In this document: in pieces, positions 62,881-64,000 of the stretch
Position numbering within the stretch: the first letter of the stretch is position 1
Layout: each line of letters begins with the position of its first letter
NCBI RefSeq assembly: GCF_006345805.1
Contig: NC_043006.1
Location: 16,244,001-16,308,000 of the forward strand
Source: Octopus sinensis
Taxonomy: Eukaryota
DNA: 64,000 bases
Direction: 5' to 3'
Notes under the pieces: generated by a model
The model's database searches: none
Seen by the model: the letters and a program-made list of their open reading frames with translations, nothing else
What the model was told of the DNA's origin: nothing
Program-made: the position numbers and the translations under genes

Positions 62881-63599
62881 ATATATGTATAAATATGAAT
62901 ACATATATATGTGTGTGTTTATGCATTTGTGCGTATCTGTGTATGTATGTATGTGTGTGTGTATGTGCATGTGTGTGTGTGTGTGTCTGAATGTATATAT
63001 TTATGTACGTACAATGTCAAACAGGGAGACGAAGATGAACTTTTCCGCAATAATGTATATCTTTAGGCAAATTTTCAAAGTAGTTTTTTTTTTTGTTTTG
63101 TTTGAACAAGAGTGGACATGAGCCATTTACCGAAATTTGTTTTCTTATACCAGAATGACTTTTCTGGTGTTGCTTTTCTCGAGGGTGATAAAATCTACAA
63201 CTGGGGAAAAGTCGAGGAACATCAAAACATTTTCTAGCATGTAAATCATTATTTTTTTTCTTCATTCAATCTGTTACCTTATATTTATCTAGTGTTTGTG
63301 TTAAAGCGATTTTTTACGCTTCATTACGTTTGTTTCATTTTTTTTTTTGTTTAATAAAATTCCAGAGAATTGTTGGAATCAAAACACTTGAATGCGTACC
63401 AATCTTTACAGAGTTTGCGCATAATATCACAATATTGACTATTCTAGCGTGTCATGCACATGATTTTTTGGCTTTTGGCGAATGTAAAGCATCAGAATAA
63501 TATACGGACAAATAAACTGAGGTTTTAAGGAAGGTAAAATGAGATACTTTAAACGGAGAAACATGTAATCAAAAATAAAAGGTCATTGTGCTAATGATA

Positions 63600-64000
63600 A
63601 AAGAGACACGGAGAGGACAAAGTTCGGACAAAGAGTGAAGAGAAGAGAGAAGGAGGGTAGGAGTGAAGAGAAGTAGGAGTCGGAGCAAGAGAGGAAAGGT
63701 GGATGGGAGGATGTCGGTGTGAGAGGAAGAGAGGAGAGGGGAGGAGAGTTGATCCCATGTGGCACAAAGGAGCGAAGAGAGAAGATTAATCCTTGTTCAC
63801 GGCGAAGACGGGAGTCCGGATGGCCCTTGTGCAAGGACAATCCGAACACAGACAGGTGTTGGAAACAGTGACCGGTAGAGCGGAAATAGCACGAGACCGG
63901 GGTGTCATTGCCGAGTCGGATGTCTCTGAGGTGTTCCGCGAACTTTGAATATTTGGTCAAAAAAGTATTGGTCGGTGAACGTCAATGTTGAAGTTACCGT
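63600..64000 (-). mobile_element. Penelope-like GIY-YIG endonuclease C-terminal fragment (runs off window)
   Basis: FAEHLRDIRLGNDTPVS..F..TGH..HLSVFGL..REQGLIFSLRSFVPHGIN; 3' region matches about 61240-61420 in the opposite orientation. Confidence 0.88.

Overview
AT-rich, microsatellite- and transposon-dense eukaryotic DNA. It is most likely cephalopod (Octopus-like), inferred from four abundant tRNA-derived SINE families that I label A-D. I found no convincing host exon, rRNA, functional tRNA or CRISPR array, and nearly all ORF-track entries are microsatellite or SINE read-throughs. Recognisable coding remnants: Ty3/Gypsy RT-RNaseH (1.6-2.1 kb), piggyBac C-terminus (3.2-3.6 kb), Tx1/L1-like ORF1 with a CCHC knuckle and no ORF2 (6.5-8.2 kb), two Tc1/mariner remnants, a CR1 3' end, a 5'-truncated Tx1 ORF2 (40.5-42.7 kb) and two Penelope-like RT/GIY-YIG fragments (60.7-64 kb). 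There are also three GG..CC MITEs with 8-bp TSDs (Merlin-like) and a palindrome-ended, possibly Crypton-like element (18.85-20.0 kb). The most striking signal is nine type-I hammerhead ribozyme motifs folded by eye (301-359, 2247-2302, 8863-8907, 17187-17257, 22629-22723, 23078-23172, 28591-28644, 48073-48107, 58252-58324). Several sit in 424-449 bp directly repeated units bordered by (TA)n, which suggests a Penelope-dependent, retrozyme-like family. Six of the nine carry a non-Watson-Crick pair at core position 10.1-11.1. No database search or folding program was run; family names come from motif recognition.
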